Source: Octopus sinensis
Lineage: Eukaryota
Reading direction: 5' to 3'
Length of the DNA: 64,000 bases
Assembly: GCF_006345805.1 (NCBI RefSeq)
Contig: NC_043007.1
Span: 40,424,001 to 40,488,000, forward strand
Below the pieces are notes generated by a model, which searched no databases, was not told where the DNA came from, and was given only the letters and a program-made list of their open reading frames with translations. Below, one piece after another: positions 27,581 through 40,583 of the stretch; the stretch's first letter is position 1; each line of letters starts with the position of its first letter. Made by a program: the position numbers and the translations under genes.

Positions 27581-28820
27581 TGGAGAGTCTCTTATTTAAA
27601 TTCTTGAGGAAGGGATGCGTTCCAATGGTCAAGCGGTCAGTCTGTTGCCAGCATCCTCTGAGTGGCGGATTAGATATGCTCTGGCTCCTAATGTTCATAA
27701 ACGCTCATAGGTTTCGCCACCGGCAACGTTTTCTGAACGGTGAGCGTGTCTGGGCTCCGTTTGTGAGGCTCGTCTTTCCGCAGCTCGTCTCGTTGACGGA
27801 GTTGCAGTCCTGTGTGAAGAAAATACCGAGACTAAGTGCCTGGCACCTAGAATGTCGTCAGGCGTTCACAGAGTCCTCTATTAATCGGGCAATGGGATCG
27901 GTGGATGTTCCACTTTAGAAATTTATAGAGAATTAGTGGTGGGTAACTGCGATGACGTCCTCGGGGAGACTCTGGACACCGACGAGAACGAACTGACTAG
28001 TCTGTTCCGGAGGACTTTCCGGTCGGGAACTATCATGAATAATTTCCATATGTCCTTGGCCTGACAGTGCTACCGGGGTACGCTACCGGTTCGAGATAAA
28101 CTCTAAAGGCACGGATGCGCTATCAGACGGGCTTGTCTGAGGTGTGCGCAGAGTAATGAAACCGTTCTGCACTCCCTCGTTCAGTGTCCAGGCATTCCTG
28201 ATTTGTGGGATTATATCATGGGTGGGACGGATCCGTCTGTCAGCTGTCAGCCGAGTCTGTAGTTATGATCGCCCCGCTGCTCTCCTTCAATCGGGAAGGC
28301 AAAGCAGTTTGGTGGTCAAGGCTGAAAGGAATGTGAACAGATACATTCCACTTTTGTCGAGCTCTCTTCAAGTTATATTTGAAAAGGAAATTGAGAGTGG
28401 AGAGAGAAGTGCTGTCCTTGAGTGAGTTTACTGAAAGGTGGGTGGAAGTTGCGAAAATGGTGAGAGTGGATGGTATCTCTCTAAGTGTAGACCGGTGAGT
28501 CGGTGAGAAGGAATTGGAGAGGGCACTTGCTCCTGGGGTTTCAGGGAAATCTCGGACAGTAGGTTTTCTCGATTATCCCTAGAGGACTTCCTGTATCAGG
28601 AGAGCCACATCTCTATCATCCTCCCTGCCACCTTTCCTTTTATTAAAAAAAAAAATTAAACCTTTGTATCCTATGCATATGTCCCTTCATTTCCAGCGTA
28701 TATCGTGTATACTTTCCTTCGTTTCCCTTTTTTATCATTTCATTATATGTAACCCTCCACACTTTATGTCTGTCTTTGTACTGTACCTCTCATTCTTCGT
28801 CGTTTTGGCAAATGAAATCA
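27581..28820 (+). mobile_element. Tx1/L1-clade LINE 3' end (Cys-rich C-terminus and 3' UTR), degenerate
   Basis: RGTLPVRDKL*RHG...RACLRCAQSNETVLHSLVQCPGIPDLW (CX2C-X7-H-X4-C motif of L1/Tx1 ORF2). Confidence 0.8.
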
Positions 28821-28834
28821 TTATTATTATTATT

Positions 28835-29375
28835 GAATGAGAGAGCAGTGCATGCCATCAAAGTGACACTGGGGTAAAATATACGAAGCCAAATATACCC
28901 ATCATGACTACCCGTCTGATAAGGGTACACCAGGCACATGCATCACAACGATATACGCGCGACATGGTGATTTCATATCACGATAAACAGGTGGGACCCA
29001 ATTAAAATTTACTTCAGGTCGAGTAGCCCATCCCACTCAAAAGGTCCCTGAATAAGGGTTGTTTAAGGATGATGAACAAAACACCCATGTTTCCAAAGGT
29101 GAATTATCCAAACCTCTGAGAATTCCTTTCAACACACGGCTATGATGCTTCCCCACTACTTCTGCTTGTGATCACATATCGTCATCCACTAAGGGACATG
29201 ATCAACTAGTTAAGGTCAAACAACTGACAAGCAAATCTGTGGTACTGCGCAGAATATTTGCTGTAGCCCATCTTTTATACCAAGACAAAACAATGTACAT
29301 GATAACACTTTCAATCAGTTAAGATCAGAAGCCATGAGAGCCACTGCCTGGTACTGCATCAGGACATTGTGTTGT

Positions 29376-29406
<31 letters not shown>

Positions 29407-29978
29407 ATTATTATTATTATTATTGAGTGAGAGAGCAGTTCATGCCATCAAAGTGACACTGGGGTAAAATATACGAAGCCCAATATACCCATCATGACTA
29501 CCCGTCTGATAAAGGTACACCAGGCACATGCATCACAACCATATGTGCGCGACATTGTGATCTCATATCAGGATAAACAGCACATGACCTTGCAGGTGGG
29601 GCCCAGTTAGAATTTTCTTCAGGTTGAGTAGCCCATCCTGCTCAAACGGTCCCTGAATAAGGGTTGTTTAAGGATGTTGAAAGAACCACCCATGTTTCCA
29701 GAGGTGAACTATTCAAACCCCAAAGAATCCCTCTCAACACATGGCTATGATGCTCCCCCACTACTTCTGCTCGTGATCAGAGATGGACATATTGTCAGCC
29801 ACTAAGGGACATGCTCAACTGGTTAAGGTCAAACAACTGACAAGCAAATCTGTGGTATTGAGCAGAATATTTGCTGTAGCCCATCTTTTATACCAAGACA
29901 AAACAATGTACATGATAACACTTCCAATCAGTTAAGATCAGAAGCCATGAGAGCCACTGCCTGGTACTGCATCAGGGC

Positions 29979-29980
<2 letters not shown>
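28835..29980. mobile_element. (ATT)n-anchored ~550-bp repeat, tandem copies 3 (28835-29367) and 4 (29425-29980)
   Basis: Two direct copies separated by (GTT)n(ATT)n. Confidence 0.85.
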
Positions 29981-30047
<67 letters not shown>

Positions 30048-30947
30048 GTAGTTCATTTAATTGCATGTTTTCACTGCCCAAATACGGCCGAGGTCTGTGT
30101 GTGTTAAGTGCTGTTAAAATTTTTTTTACCTATTATACTAAAATGTATGACGTTTTTAGTATACTGTTTATCTGAGTTTGAAGCCGTATTTTTGTTTACG
30201 TCTGTTTTTACTCATACAAGAAGCACTAATTACGAACGAAGTGATATATATTCCTTAACTCTTATACTTTATTTAATTAAGCAGTTTGGTCAGTGTAATT
30301 TCATAGTTTCTTAGGTCACCTTTTCCCCGCATTTTAGTCGTTTGATGTTTGTCAGCAGCACATTATTGTCATTTTCTCTATGAAAAATGGTGTCAGGTTT
30401 ATTATGTACTTTTTGGAGTCTATCTCTATGCTAAAGTTTTATAGCATGTTTCCATTACTATTTTCTAAGACGGGTAGATTTTTTATTTACACTACAGAGC
30501 TAATGCCTAAAATAATTGAAAATGGGTGTTGAAGTATATGGGAAGCAGATTTGTCTCATATATTTTACTATACCTAGGGGAGAATATCCTGATGCAATAA
30601 GGAACGTGGTGTACTATTTCAGAAAATACATTACATGGTTTGTATGCTGTAACAGTAAAAACCACACAAAAGGCTGCCATTCGTAACTTTTGTAAAAAGC
30701 AGAAACTAGGTATCGAAATGGCATATTTGGTAAAATATCAAACTGCATTAACACATTTACCTATGTTCCTTTAGTTCTGGATTCCAGTTTTGTAAAATTC
30801 AACTTTAGTTTTTATCCCACATTGGTCGATAAGATAAGTAACATTCCCACTTACTGGGGTCAATTCAATTGTTTATAACTCGCCTTTAAAAAATTCTGTA
30901 ACTCGTTGCAATGATAAAAAATCGTATACCTATATTTATATTTTCAG

Positions 30948-31178
30948 TGGGATCTGGTATGTAGCAAAGAAGGTTTGGCAGAAACCACTCAAACTTTATA
31001 TACTTTTGGACAACTTATAAGTGGATTTCTATCGACGTACTTTATCGACAAATATGGACGAAAACCCACCCGTATATTGAGCAATTTCTTCTTGATAATT
31101 TTGAACCTGATTTGTGCATTTTCACCGTTCTACGGCCTCTTTGCTGCGATGAGGTTTCTCATAGGATTTTTTAGAGAG
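30948..31178 (+). CDS. SLC22: SLC22-like exon 3
   Basis: Acceptor TTTTCAG|TGG completes the SE-WDLVC signature; DKYGRK (MFS motif A); ends FLIGFFRE|GTAAGC, phase 0. Confidence 0.92.
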
Positions 31179-31780
31179 GTAAGCTTTTGATTTGTGGTTA
31201 TATTATAAGACGATTATACATTTGTTTTCATGCAAGAACAGTTGATTGACAGAATTGTTAAAGCATCGGAAAAGTGTCTTGTGGTTTTTATTCTGGCCCT
31301 TAACCGCCTGAATTCATATCCCCACCGAGGGCATCATTACCTTTCATCCTTTCAGAGACATTAGAATAGAGTAACAGATGGTATCGACTAAGCCCCTCCC
31401 ATGAAAAACTATTGGTCTTGATATTCGAAACCATTATTATAATTGGTTTCAGACTTTGGCACAGGGCTACCAATTTTAGTGTAGGGGCAAGTCGATTACA
31501 ACTGGTATTATTTTATCTACCCCGAAAGAATGAAAGGTAAAGTCGACCTCGGCGGAATTTGAACTTCTAAATTTTTCTAGAGAGGAAATGATTTGATATC
31601 GTTGAAAGATGCACCTATGTGGACATACTTAGATAACCTAGTAGTAGCCTCATATTTGTAAACAATATCGTTAATAAAACGCGTACTATCTAATGGGTAA
31701 ATAGAGGGATGCTTACAGTTGCACGACTTACTGACGGATTATCTTGCAATTTGGTAACTGTATATCACCGTTGTTGTTGT

Positions 31781-32100
31781 GATGGCGCGTGGCTTAGTGG
31801 TTAGGGCATTCGGCTCATGATCGTAAGGTTGTGAGTTCGATTCCCGGCGACGCGTTGTGTCCTTGAGCAAGACACTTTATTTCACGTTGCTCCAGTCCAC
31901 TCAGCTGGCAAAAATGAGTTGTACTTGTATTTCAAAGGGTCAGCCTTGTCACTCTCTGTGTCACGCTGATTATCCCCGAGAACTACGTTAAGGGTACACG
32001 TGTCTGTGGAATGCTCAGCCATTTGCACGTTAATTTCACGAGCAAGCTGTTCCGTTGATCGTATCAGCTGGGACCCTCGTCGTCGTAACCGGCGGAGTCT
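31781..32100 (+). mobile_element. tRNA-derived SINE (head shared with 43396 and with 36203-36325 on the minus strand; tail shared with 50275)
   Basis: A-box TGGCTTAGTGG, B-box GAGTTCGATTCC, central TTGTGTCCTTGAGCAAGACAC motif. Confidence 0.8.
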
Positions 32101-33053
32101 TTAAGAGCATCACCGTTGTTAATATTGATATTCATATTAACCAAGCTATACTTATTATTAGTAACTTCCCTATCATTACAATTACTATTTATGTGTGTAA
32201 CATCCTATTCACTTATATTAGGTCAAACATTAATCAATCGACTTAGCAGTTAAATAAGAATCATTATCATTTAACGCACCAGGTCCTCAGAGATTCGCAG
32301 GAATGCCCGATATGTTCCAAGGCCTAGAATTCACTTTATTAATTTCGCCTACATTATTCCTGAGTAAGTTATTCAGTCGTCTACTATTAATTGTAGCTAT
32401 TATATACGCTAGGCTAGTTGTAATGGAATACAGTAGTTTAGCTGCTTGGGAATTAAGGACTTTCCTATATTTATTAGAAGGGAGAAATTTTCTCTCCAAC
32501 GCCACAAAGAACAATTTCTGTAATCTCACCACTGTTCCCAGGTTTACACTATCCCAGGGTAGTAGCATCTTCCACGGGCATAAGTTAGGTGTCAAAATAG
32601 CAGGAAAAGGTTTTATGGTTAAGGCATACAAGTCTTCTAGACATATACCACACAGGGCAACTAGTGTGGGCTGATACTTTGATGTCCAGTGAACTGTGTC
32701 CCTCCCCAAAGGTTAAACAGGCCCTTTGCCTCAAGAGTTAGCTCAAGAGAGCAGAAGACTATCAAACTGTAAAAACATATCTCAAAAGCAATGAGAAACT
32801 ATTGGTGTCTATCACGTGTCTATCAACTTTGAGATGCAGTTCTCCGATTGCTGATATCTTTAAGCTGTGCACAGGAAGAAAGCAAGGTTTTGATCTGTTA
32901 CTGGAATCAACAATCATTCATTTTTAGCATTCTGACAGAACAATAATTTGTCACCACCCTGCAACGCCTCTCTTTCTCCACCATCTCTCTCTCTTTCTCT
33001 TCCTCTGTATATATATATATATTATATATATATATATATATAATATATATATA

Positions 33054-33084
<31 letters not shown>

Positions 33085-33384
33085 CATATACAAAGTATGG
33101 GGGTTTAGTTCACAAGTGATCTAAACGAATAAGTACGCTAAGTAAGTACCGTAACGGATTACTAAGGGTCCAGGGTTGTAGCTGAGACGGTAGTTATGGA
33201 GCCATTGCAGATTTCCGATATAGCGAATATATATTTGCTAAAGACAACAAACGTTAATGCAAGGCAAATCTCTCAAGTCATATACATTATTATTACTGGA
33301 AAAAATTCCAAGTTTTACAGCTGTTTCTGGGATATTCCAGAGTATGGGATATCCCAGAAAGAGCTGTAAGACTGAATTTTTTCC

Positions 33385-33426
<42 letters not shown>

Positions 33427-33799
33427 CATAATGTATATGACTTGAGATGTTTGCCTTGCTTTAACGTTTGTAGTCCCCTTTAACAATTATATATATATAT
33501 ATATTACATACACAGGCGTGAATATGTATTTAATAACACTGACTCAGCTCTAGGTGACTTAAAATTTCGTAGACGAGTAAGGCAGGCCCACGAAACTTTA
33601 AATCATGCAGAACTGAGTCAAATTGTTATCAATAACCAAGTATGTTGAGGGATAATTTCTTTCTTTTGGTCAGTAACTCACATATACATACATGCATATA
33701 TATATATATTTATATATATATATGTATGTGTGTGTGTATAATATAAATATATATATAAATATATGCATATATACATACATATATGTACATACCTACATA

Positions 33800-33892
<93 letters not shown>

Positions 33893-34500
33893 GCATATAT
33901 GGGTACAGGACATCAAAAAAAGTTGAATACAACGAGAAGCGAAAACATAAAAACAAAAACGTAGAAACGAATTTTTTTCGGAACAACAGAGAAAAGAGAC
34001 ATGCAGCATAAAGAATATTTCCCTTCATCAGTTGTCCCTGTTTCATCTACTCCGCGTTACGAAGGCATGGACAATACGCGAAAAATCCCAAATTTTATTT
34101 AATTTGCTTTGCGGGAAAGACTGTTTCAACGATAGAAAGAATGAAAGTGAAACACTATTATAGCCTTATCACATTACTAATGATAAGCACCTTTCTTTAT
34201 TGTAGTAGATGTAACTAATTCGGCAAAACATTACTTTCATTATTAAAACATCCTCAGTCTTGTAATTCAACACTTTGTAATTTTGTAAGTGTGAAACTAT
34301 TTTCACTTTCTAATAAAACTGGTCATTGTAGAGCAGTGTCTTTCAAAGAATTATAGCTGGTTGTTGAGATAACGTAGAATATATATGTAAATGAAAATAT
34401 AGTTTGTTTGGTAGCAAAAAAATAACTGAATATTTTTATATTCCATACATCAAAATGGGCAACCCAATTTTGGAATGCATAAGGAACATATATATGTATA

Positions 34501-35140
34501 TACGAGGGTGGGCTGAAGATTTCATACGCAATGCAATGGCCGAACTTGGCCAAACGTTTTATTTTTCGACATAGTCGTCCCGCGGTCCACACACGTCTTC
34601 CACTGGTGTTGCAGCACTTGGATTCCAGTGATATAGAAACTCTCATCCTGACCCTACCCCCCAAAAATGTCCTCAACAGTAGATATGACTTCATCATCGG
34701 CCTGATACTGCTCCCCAGCCAAGAGGTTTTTCATGTTGGGGAGTTGAAAATAGTCAGATGGTACCAATTCAGGAGAATATGGAAGATAATGAACCAGTTC
34801 AAAGCCACAGTCGCTCACAGCAGCCATTGCAATCACAGACTTGCGTGCAGGAACATTGTCCCGATGAAGCAGGACCCCCTTCGCCTGATTAACATTTAAC
34901 CGTTTGTCATCCATCACCAGTCGATGTTTTCATGGGTGGTGGCTGTGGCAGGACGCCCGGATCTTGGATCCCTTACCCCTTTTGAATTCACAGACCCACT
35001 TTTGCGCAGCCGATAAAGCTGGAACATCATCCCCTAATGTAGAAACCACGTCAGCATGAATGTCCTTGGGGCTAACTCCTTTTTCTGCAGATATTTGATA
35101 ACACCACGGTGCCAAATTTTATGCATTTTCACGAAATGTC
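34501..35140 (-). mobile_element. internally deleted mariner element
   Basis: TA|CGAGGG TIR end; LLHRDN...YLPYSPELVPSDY and KDIHAD...QKWVCEFKRG fragments. Confidence 0.85.
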
Positions 35141-35371
35141 TCTAGTATTACTTTTCCAAGTTCTCAATTCAGTATCCAATGTGGGTTTATCTTGAAAGAA
35201 AAAATGCAGTTAGCATCAGTAAATATTGAATTTAATGCATGCCAAGTTTAAATATTGTATGCTAAGTCCTTCTTAGTTAGCCTATGAACTGTTCGGCCCA
35301 CCTTCGTATATATATATATGTATGTGTGTATGTATGTATAATAAAGAAGACCAACTCTATACCGTTTCCAG

Positions 35372-35574
35372 GCGTACACGATTACCACTTTTACTGCTAT
35401 ACCCGAGCTATACTCGAAAAGAAAGCGAATTATAATGAGTTCAATGTCGGCTGCACTTTGGAGCCTAGCTAACTCATTCCCAGGATGGACAGCTTACTTA
35501 CTGAAAGATTATAACTGGGATGTGTTTCACTTGTTCAATGCTCTTCTCTCAATATACTGCATCTTAGAGATTTT
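35372..35574 (+). CDS. SLC22: SLC22-like exon 4 (not in the ORF track)
   Basis: Acceptor TTTCCAG|GCG; AYTITTFTAIPELYSKRKRIIMSSMSAALWSLANSFPGWTAYLLKDYNWDVFHLFNALLSIYCILEI; donor TT|GTAAGT, phase 2, matching exon 5. Confidence 0.88.
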
Positions 35575-35676
35575 GTAAGTATAAATTCTGTAGAAAGGTG
35601 GCGTATGCATAAACATACGTATGAGCACCGTCCTCTCTTCATTCTTCCCTTAACTCATTCTCTCCCTCACTGTCTG

Positions 35677-35735
<59 letters not shown>

Positions 35736-36009
35736 TGTGTGTGTGTGTGTGTGTGTGTGCGTGCGTGCGTGTGCATGTGTGTATATGTTTATTAACTTTT
35801 ACAAGGAACAGATTGACAGTGATTTCGAAGTTTCAATTTACTTGTCGTCATCAGACTGTCTGACAACGGCGATTAAACTGAAACTGTGTGGTAAGAAGCT
35901 TGCTTCCCAACCACATGGCTCAGGGTTCAGTCTTCTACTATAACCTCGGGTCGACCAAAGCCTTGTGAGTGGATTTGGTAGACGGAAACTGAAAGAAGAT
36001 TGTCGATAT

Positions 36010-36091
<82 letters not shown>

Positions 36092-36105
36092 AATATATAT
36101 ATATA

Positions 36106-36147
<42 letters not shown>

Positions 36148-36166
36148 TAGATAGATAGATAGATAT

Positions 36167-36202
<36 letters not shown>

Positions 36203-36396
36203 GTCGTACAGCAACGTGCACTGAAGTGCTTTGCTCTAGAACACAATGCAACACCCTGTCTGGGAATCGAACTCACGATCTTGCAATCGTGATTGCAACA
36301 ACCGAAGCACTAAGTCATGCTCCTCACTATAAATGTATATATGGATATATATATTTATGTAATTTATATATATATATATATTATATATATATATAT

Positions 36397-36433
<37 letters not shown>

Positions 36434-36455
36434 TATATATATATGTATACATACA

Positions 36456-37682
36456 TAGGGGTTGGACAAAATAATTGGAACACCAGTTAAATTCAATGAA
36501 TATTGATTTGATTTAATACTGAGTTGGTCCTCCTTTAGTTTTTTGAACAACTTCAGTGCGTCTAGGAATGAATTCCTACAGCTTGCTGACTTCTTTGAGA
36601 GGAAACTTGAGCCATTCTTCCTGCAAAACCTGTTCCAGCTGTTGCAGATACGACAATGGAGAGTAACGATTTGTAACTTGTCACTCCAAGATGCACCACA
36701 GATGCTCAATAGTATTAAGATCTGGAGATTGAGGTGGGGCCACTCTATATTTTGTAGCTCACTACTATGCTCTTCATACCGAATCATAACCATACGAGAG
36801 GTGTATATTGAAGCATTGTCATCTTGGAAGCTGTACTCGACATCAGGAAATAATGTCTGGACCATGAGAAGGACTTGATTTCCCAAAATATTCAGATAAT
36901 CATTACATTTGATCCTACCATGCAGGGCAACGATGGGACCAAGAGAATTCCAAGAAATAGCTGTCCAAACCATCACAGATTCTCCTCAATCCTTCACTGT
37001 AGGTAGAAAGCAGTCAGGATAAAAAGCTTCCCTGGACTGCTTTTACATATAAACTCGCCTTGCAGTGGGGAAGAGAAAAACTGGACTCGTCGGATAATAA
37101 TACTTGCTTCCATTGATCTGTCGACTAGCCCTTGTGATCTCTACACCAGTTCAGCTTTTTCTCAATGTTTTGATGAGAAAGCAGAGGTTTCCTGATAGCA
37201 GCTCTTCCATGGTATCCGGCTTTATTGAGCTCACGGCGAACAGTTTCGGTCGAAAGTGGACTAGTCAGATGTTAATTCTACTCTGCAGTTACTTTAGGGG
37301 CAGTTGTCCGGTGAACCGGTGAATTTTCATCACCATGCGATTCAATATTCGTTGGTCTATTTCATTGAGCATCGAAGTCCTACCGGACTTTCTCCACCCA
37401 CTGGAGGTTTTGCTCTGCTTCTCAAATTCAGTCATAGTCCTCTCGAAAAACCAATGAGTTCAGCTGTTCTGGTGACAGAAGATCCTGCCATTCCAGCACC
37501 AACAATTTACCCTTTTTCGAACTCAGTGAGGTCACGCATCATAGCTTAATTTATACAACGATCTGGAAAAGAGATAGAAATAACCATTAAATTAGATAAA
37601 TAAAACTATATAAAATACAAACCCCACTCACAATGAACTTGGATGATATTCTACTATTCCAATCATTTGTGTCCAACCCCTG
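36456..37682 (-). mobile_element. near full-length degenerate Tc1-like transposon
   Basis: TIRs AGGGGTTGGACAAAATAATTGGAA / TTCCAATCATTTGTGTCCAACCCCTG|TA; MRDLTEFEKG*IVGA start near 37540; MMVWTAIS...FQDDNA...WP motifs. Confidence 0.88.
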
Positions 37683-37703
37683 TATATAATATATATTATT
37701 ATG

Positions 37704-37741
<38 letters not shown>

Positions 37742-37785
37742 CAACACACATATATATTATATATAATATCTATTTATATAGAAGG

Positions 37786-37836
37786 AGCTTCTACAGGACT
37801 AGAACTGTTTCATTCAAGAGAAATCTTCAGGAAGCT
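37786..37836 (-). ncRNA. type I hammerhead-like motif (left arm of the inverted duplication)
   Basis: Minus strand: AGCTTC-CTGAAGA-TTTCTCTTGAAT-GAAA-CAG(TTCTAGTC)CTG-TA^GAAGCT. Confidence 0.6.
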
Positions 37837-38819
37837 AGTTAACAAGAATTGTATTGGGGCATTTATACATTTAGGAGGTTTAAAGGTGGGGGACTTTTGG
37901 GGGTAGGCATAGCGCAAAAATTCATACTTGGGGGAGTGGTCAAGGAGTCAGTGTTAAATTAGATAGGAGAATAAATAAAAAATAAAAATAAAAAAAAAAA
38001 ATAAAAAATAAAATAAAAAAATTAAAATAAAAAAAATAAAATATAAAAATAAAAAATAAAAAATAAAAAATAGAAAATAAAAAAATATAAAAATAAAAAT
38101 AAAAAAAACATAAAAAATAAAAATAAAAATAAAAAAAATAAAAATATATATATATATATATATATAATATAATATATATATATATATATATATATAAGGG
38201 GGGAATAGAGTTTTAGGAAATAAGGAGATTCTCACTTATACCTCTACACATTACACACATATATATACAATCACACATATATATACATATCTACACATAC
38301 ACATATATATGTATACATACACACACTCACTTGCATACACGTATACACACATGTATATATACACACACGACCACAATACATATACACACAGAAAAAATAT
38401 ATATATACACATACACACACATCTACTCACATACACGCATACACACACAAATCCATACACACACATGCCACACAGCACACTAGTCCCTATATACACATAT
38501 TACACATACACAAATATATATACACCCACACATACACATACATACAATATATATACTATACACATACATATACACATATTATACATACACATATATATAT
38601 ATATATATATAACACATGTATATACATATGTGTACCATGCATAACCTACACAGACACACATATATATATATATAATATACAAATACAGACCCATCCCTAA
38701 TTTTAATTTTATTATCTTCGTTTATTACTTTGTTATCTTTGGCCGCTTGGTCACAAACATCTTGGCTATGACAGCCAGACCATTTATCCGTCTACTGGAA
38801 AACAATATGTGTATGTGTG

Positions 38820-38889
<70 letters not shown>

Positions 38890-39005
38890 CTATGTTGTGT
38901 AAGTTTATTATATGTATGTATCCATCTATATAATAGGTAACTGCACGTACATATACTTAATATTTATTTTTTGAGTATGCATGTTAGTATGAATATATAT
39001 ATGTA

Positions 39006-39054
<49 letters not shown>

Positions 39055-39175
39055 ATATGTACTTGTATGTATTTGTATGTAGGTGTACATGTATGTATGT
39101 GTGTGTATTTATACTTATGGGTGTATATGTATAGACTAGCCTTCGAAGAGTGTAGACATGAATCTGTAGGTACGC

Positions 39176-39215
<40 letters not shown>

Positions 39216-40067
39216 GTACATGTATGTATTTGTATGTAGGTGTACATGTATGTGTGTGTATTTATATTTATTGGTGTATATGTATAGACTAGCCTTCTAA
39301 GAGTGTAGACATGAATCTGTAGGTACGCGTACGTATGTGTATATACGTGAATGTATGTAGATGTATGTATGTATGAATATAACGCGTGCGTGCGTGTATG
39401 CGTATGAGTGTACGAATGAGTGAGTGTACGTGCTAAAGAGTGTGCGTGAGTGAATGAGTAATTGTTTTCCAGTAGACGGATAAATGGTCTGGCTGTCATA
39501 GCCAAGATGTTGTGACCAAGCGGCCAAAGATAACAAAAGTAATAAACGGATAATAAAATTAAAATTAGGGAATGGGTCTGTATTTGGTATATGTATATAT
39601 ATATATGTGTGTATGTGTAGGTATGCATGGGTACACATAGGTATATACATGTGTATATATATATATATATTGTGTATGTATATATATGTGTATATGTATG
39701 TGTATGTATGTATATATATGTGTATGTATGTGTATGTGTGGTGTATATATATGTGTGTATGTGTATATATGTGTATATAGGGACTAGTGTGCTGTGTGTG
39801 CATGTGTGTGTATGGATTGTGGGTGTATGCGTGTATGTGAGTAGATGTGTGTGTATGTGTATATATATATTTTTCTGTGTGTATATGTATGTGTGGTCGT
39901 GTGTGATATATACATGTGTGTATACGTGTATGCAAGTGAGTGTGTGTATGTATACATATATATGTGTATGTGTAGATATGTATATGTATGTGTGATTGTA
40001 TATATATGTGTGTATGTGTAGAGGTATAAGTGAGAATCTCCTTATTTACCTAAAACTCTATTCCCCC

Positions 40068-40104
<37 letters not shown>

Positions 40105-40124
40105 TTTTAATTTTTTAATTTTTA

Positions 40125-40155
<31 letters not shown>

Positions 40156-40417
40156 TTTTATATTTTTTATTTTCTATTTTTTATTTTTTATTTTTATTTT
40201 TTATATTTTATATTTTTTATTTTTTATTTTTTATTTTTATTTTATTTTTATTTTTTATTTTTTATTTTTTATTTATTCTCCTATCTAATTTAACACTGAA
40301 TCCTTGACCACCCCCAAGTATGATTTTTTGCGCTATGCCTAACCCCCAAAAAGTCCCCCACCAACACCCCTTTAAACCTGCCTAAATGTATAAATGCCAA
40401 TACAATTCTTGTTAACT

Positions 40418-40467
40418 AGCTTCCTGAAGATTTCTATGAATGAAACAGTTCTAGTCCTGTAGAAGCT
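40418..40467 (+). ncRNA. type I hammerhead-like motif, sense strand of SLC22 intron 4
   Basis: AGCTTC-CTGAAGA-T TTC TAT GAA T-GAAA-CAG(TTCTAGTC)CTG-TA^GAAGCT: 6-bp stem I, 4-bp stem III, GUA triplet (cut after 40461); stem II weak (3 bp, U.U closing). Confidence 0.6.
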
Positions 40468-40551
40468 CCTTCTATATAATAAATAATTTTACTCTGCTAT
40501 GTATTGAGTACCTTATTTACTGTGTTAACCCCGAATCAACCCGGGACCTAC

Positions 40552-40583
<32 letters not shown>

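Larger units (their letters stand above)
37776..40478. repeat. 2.7-kb inverted duplication: arms 37776-38806 and 39461-40478 around a ~650-bp spacer
   Basis: Unique (non-microsatellite) segments of the two arms are reverse complements, with scattered substitutions and indels. Confidence 0.88.

Noticed and set aside
32287-32709. Overlapping 140-aa and 123-aa ORFs on opposite strands in intron 3
   Set aside because: No recognisable motifs or splice-phase fit to SLC22; probably an unclassified TE remnant.
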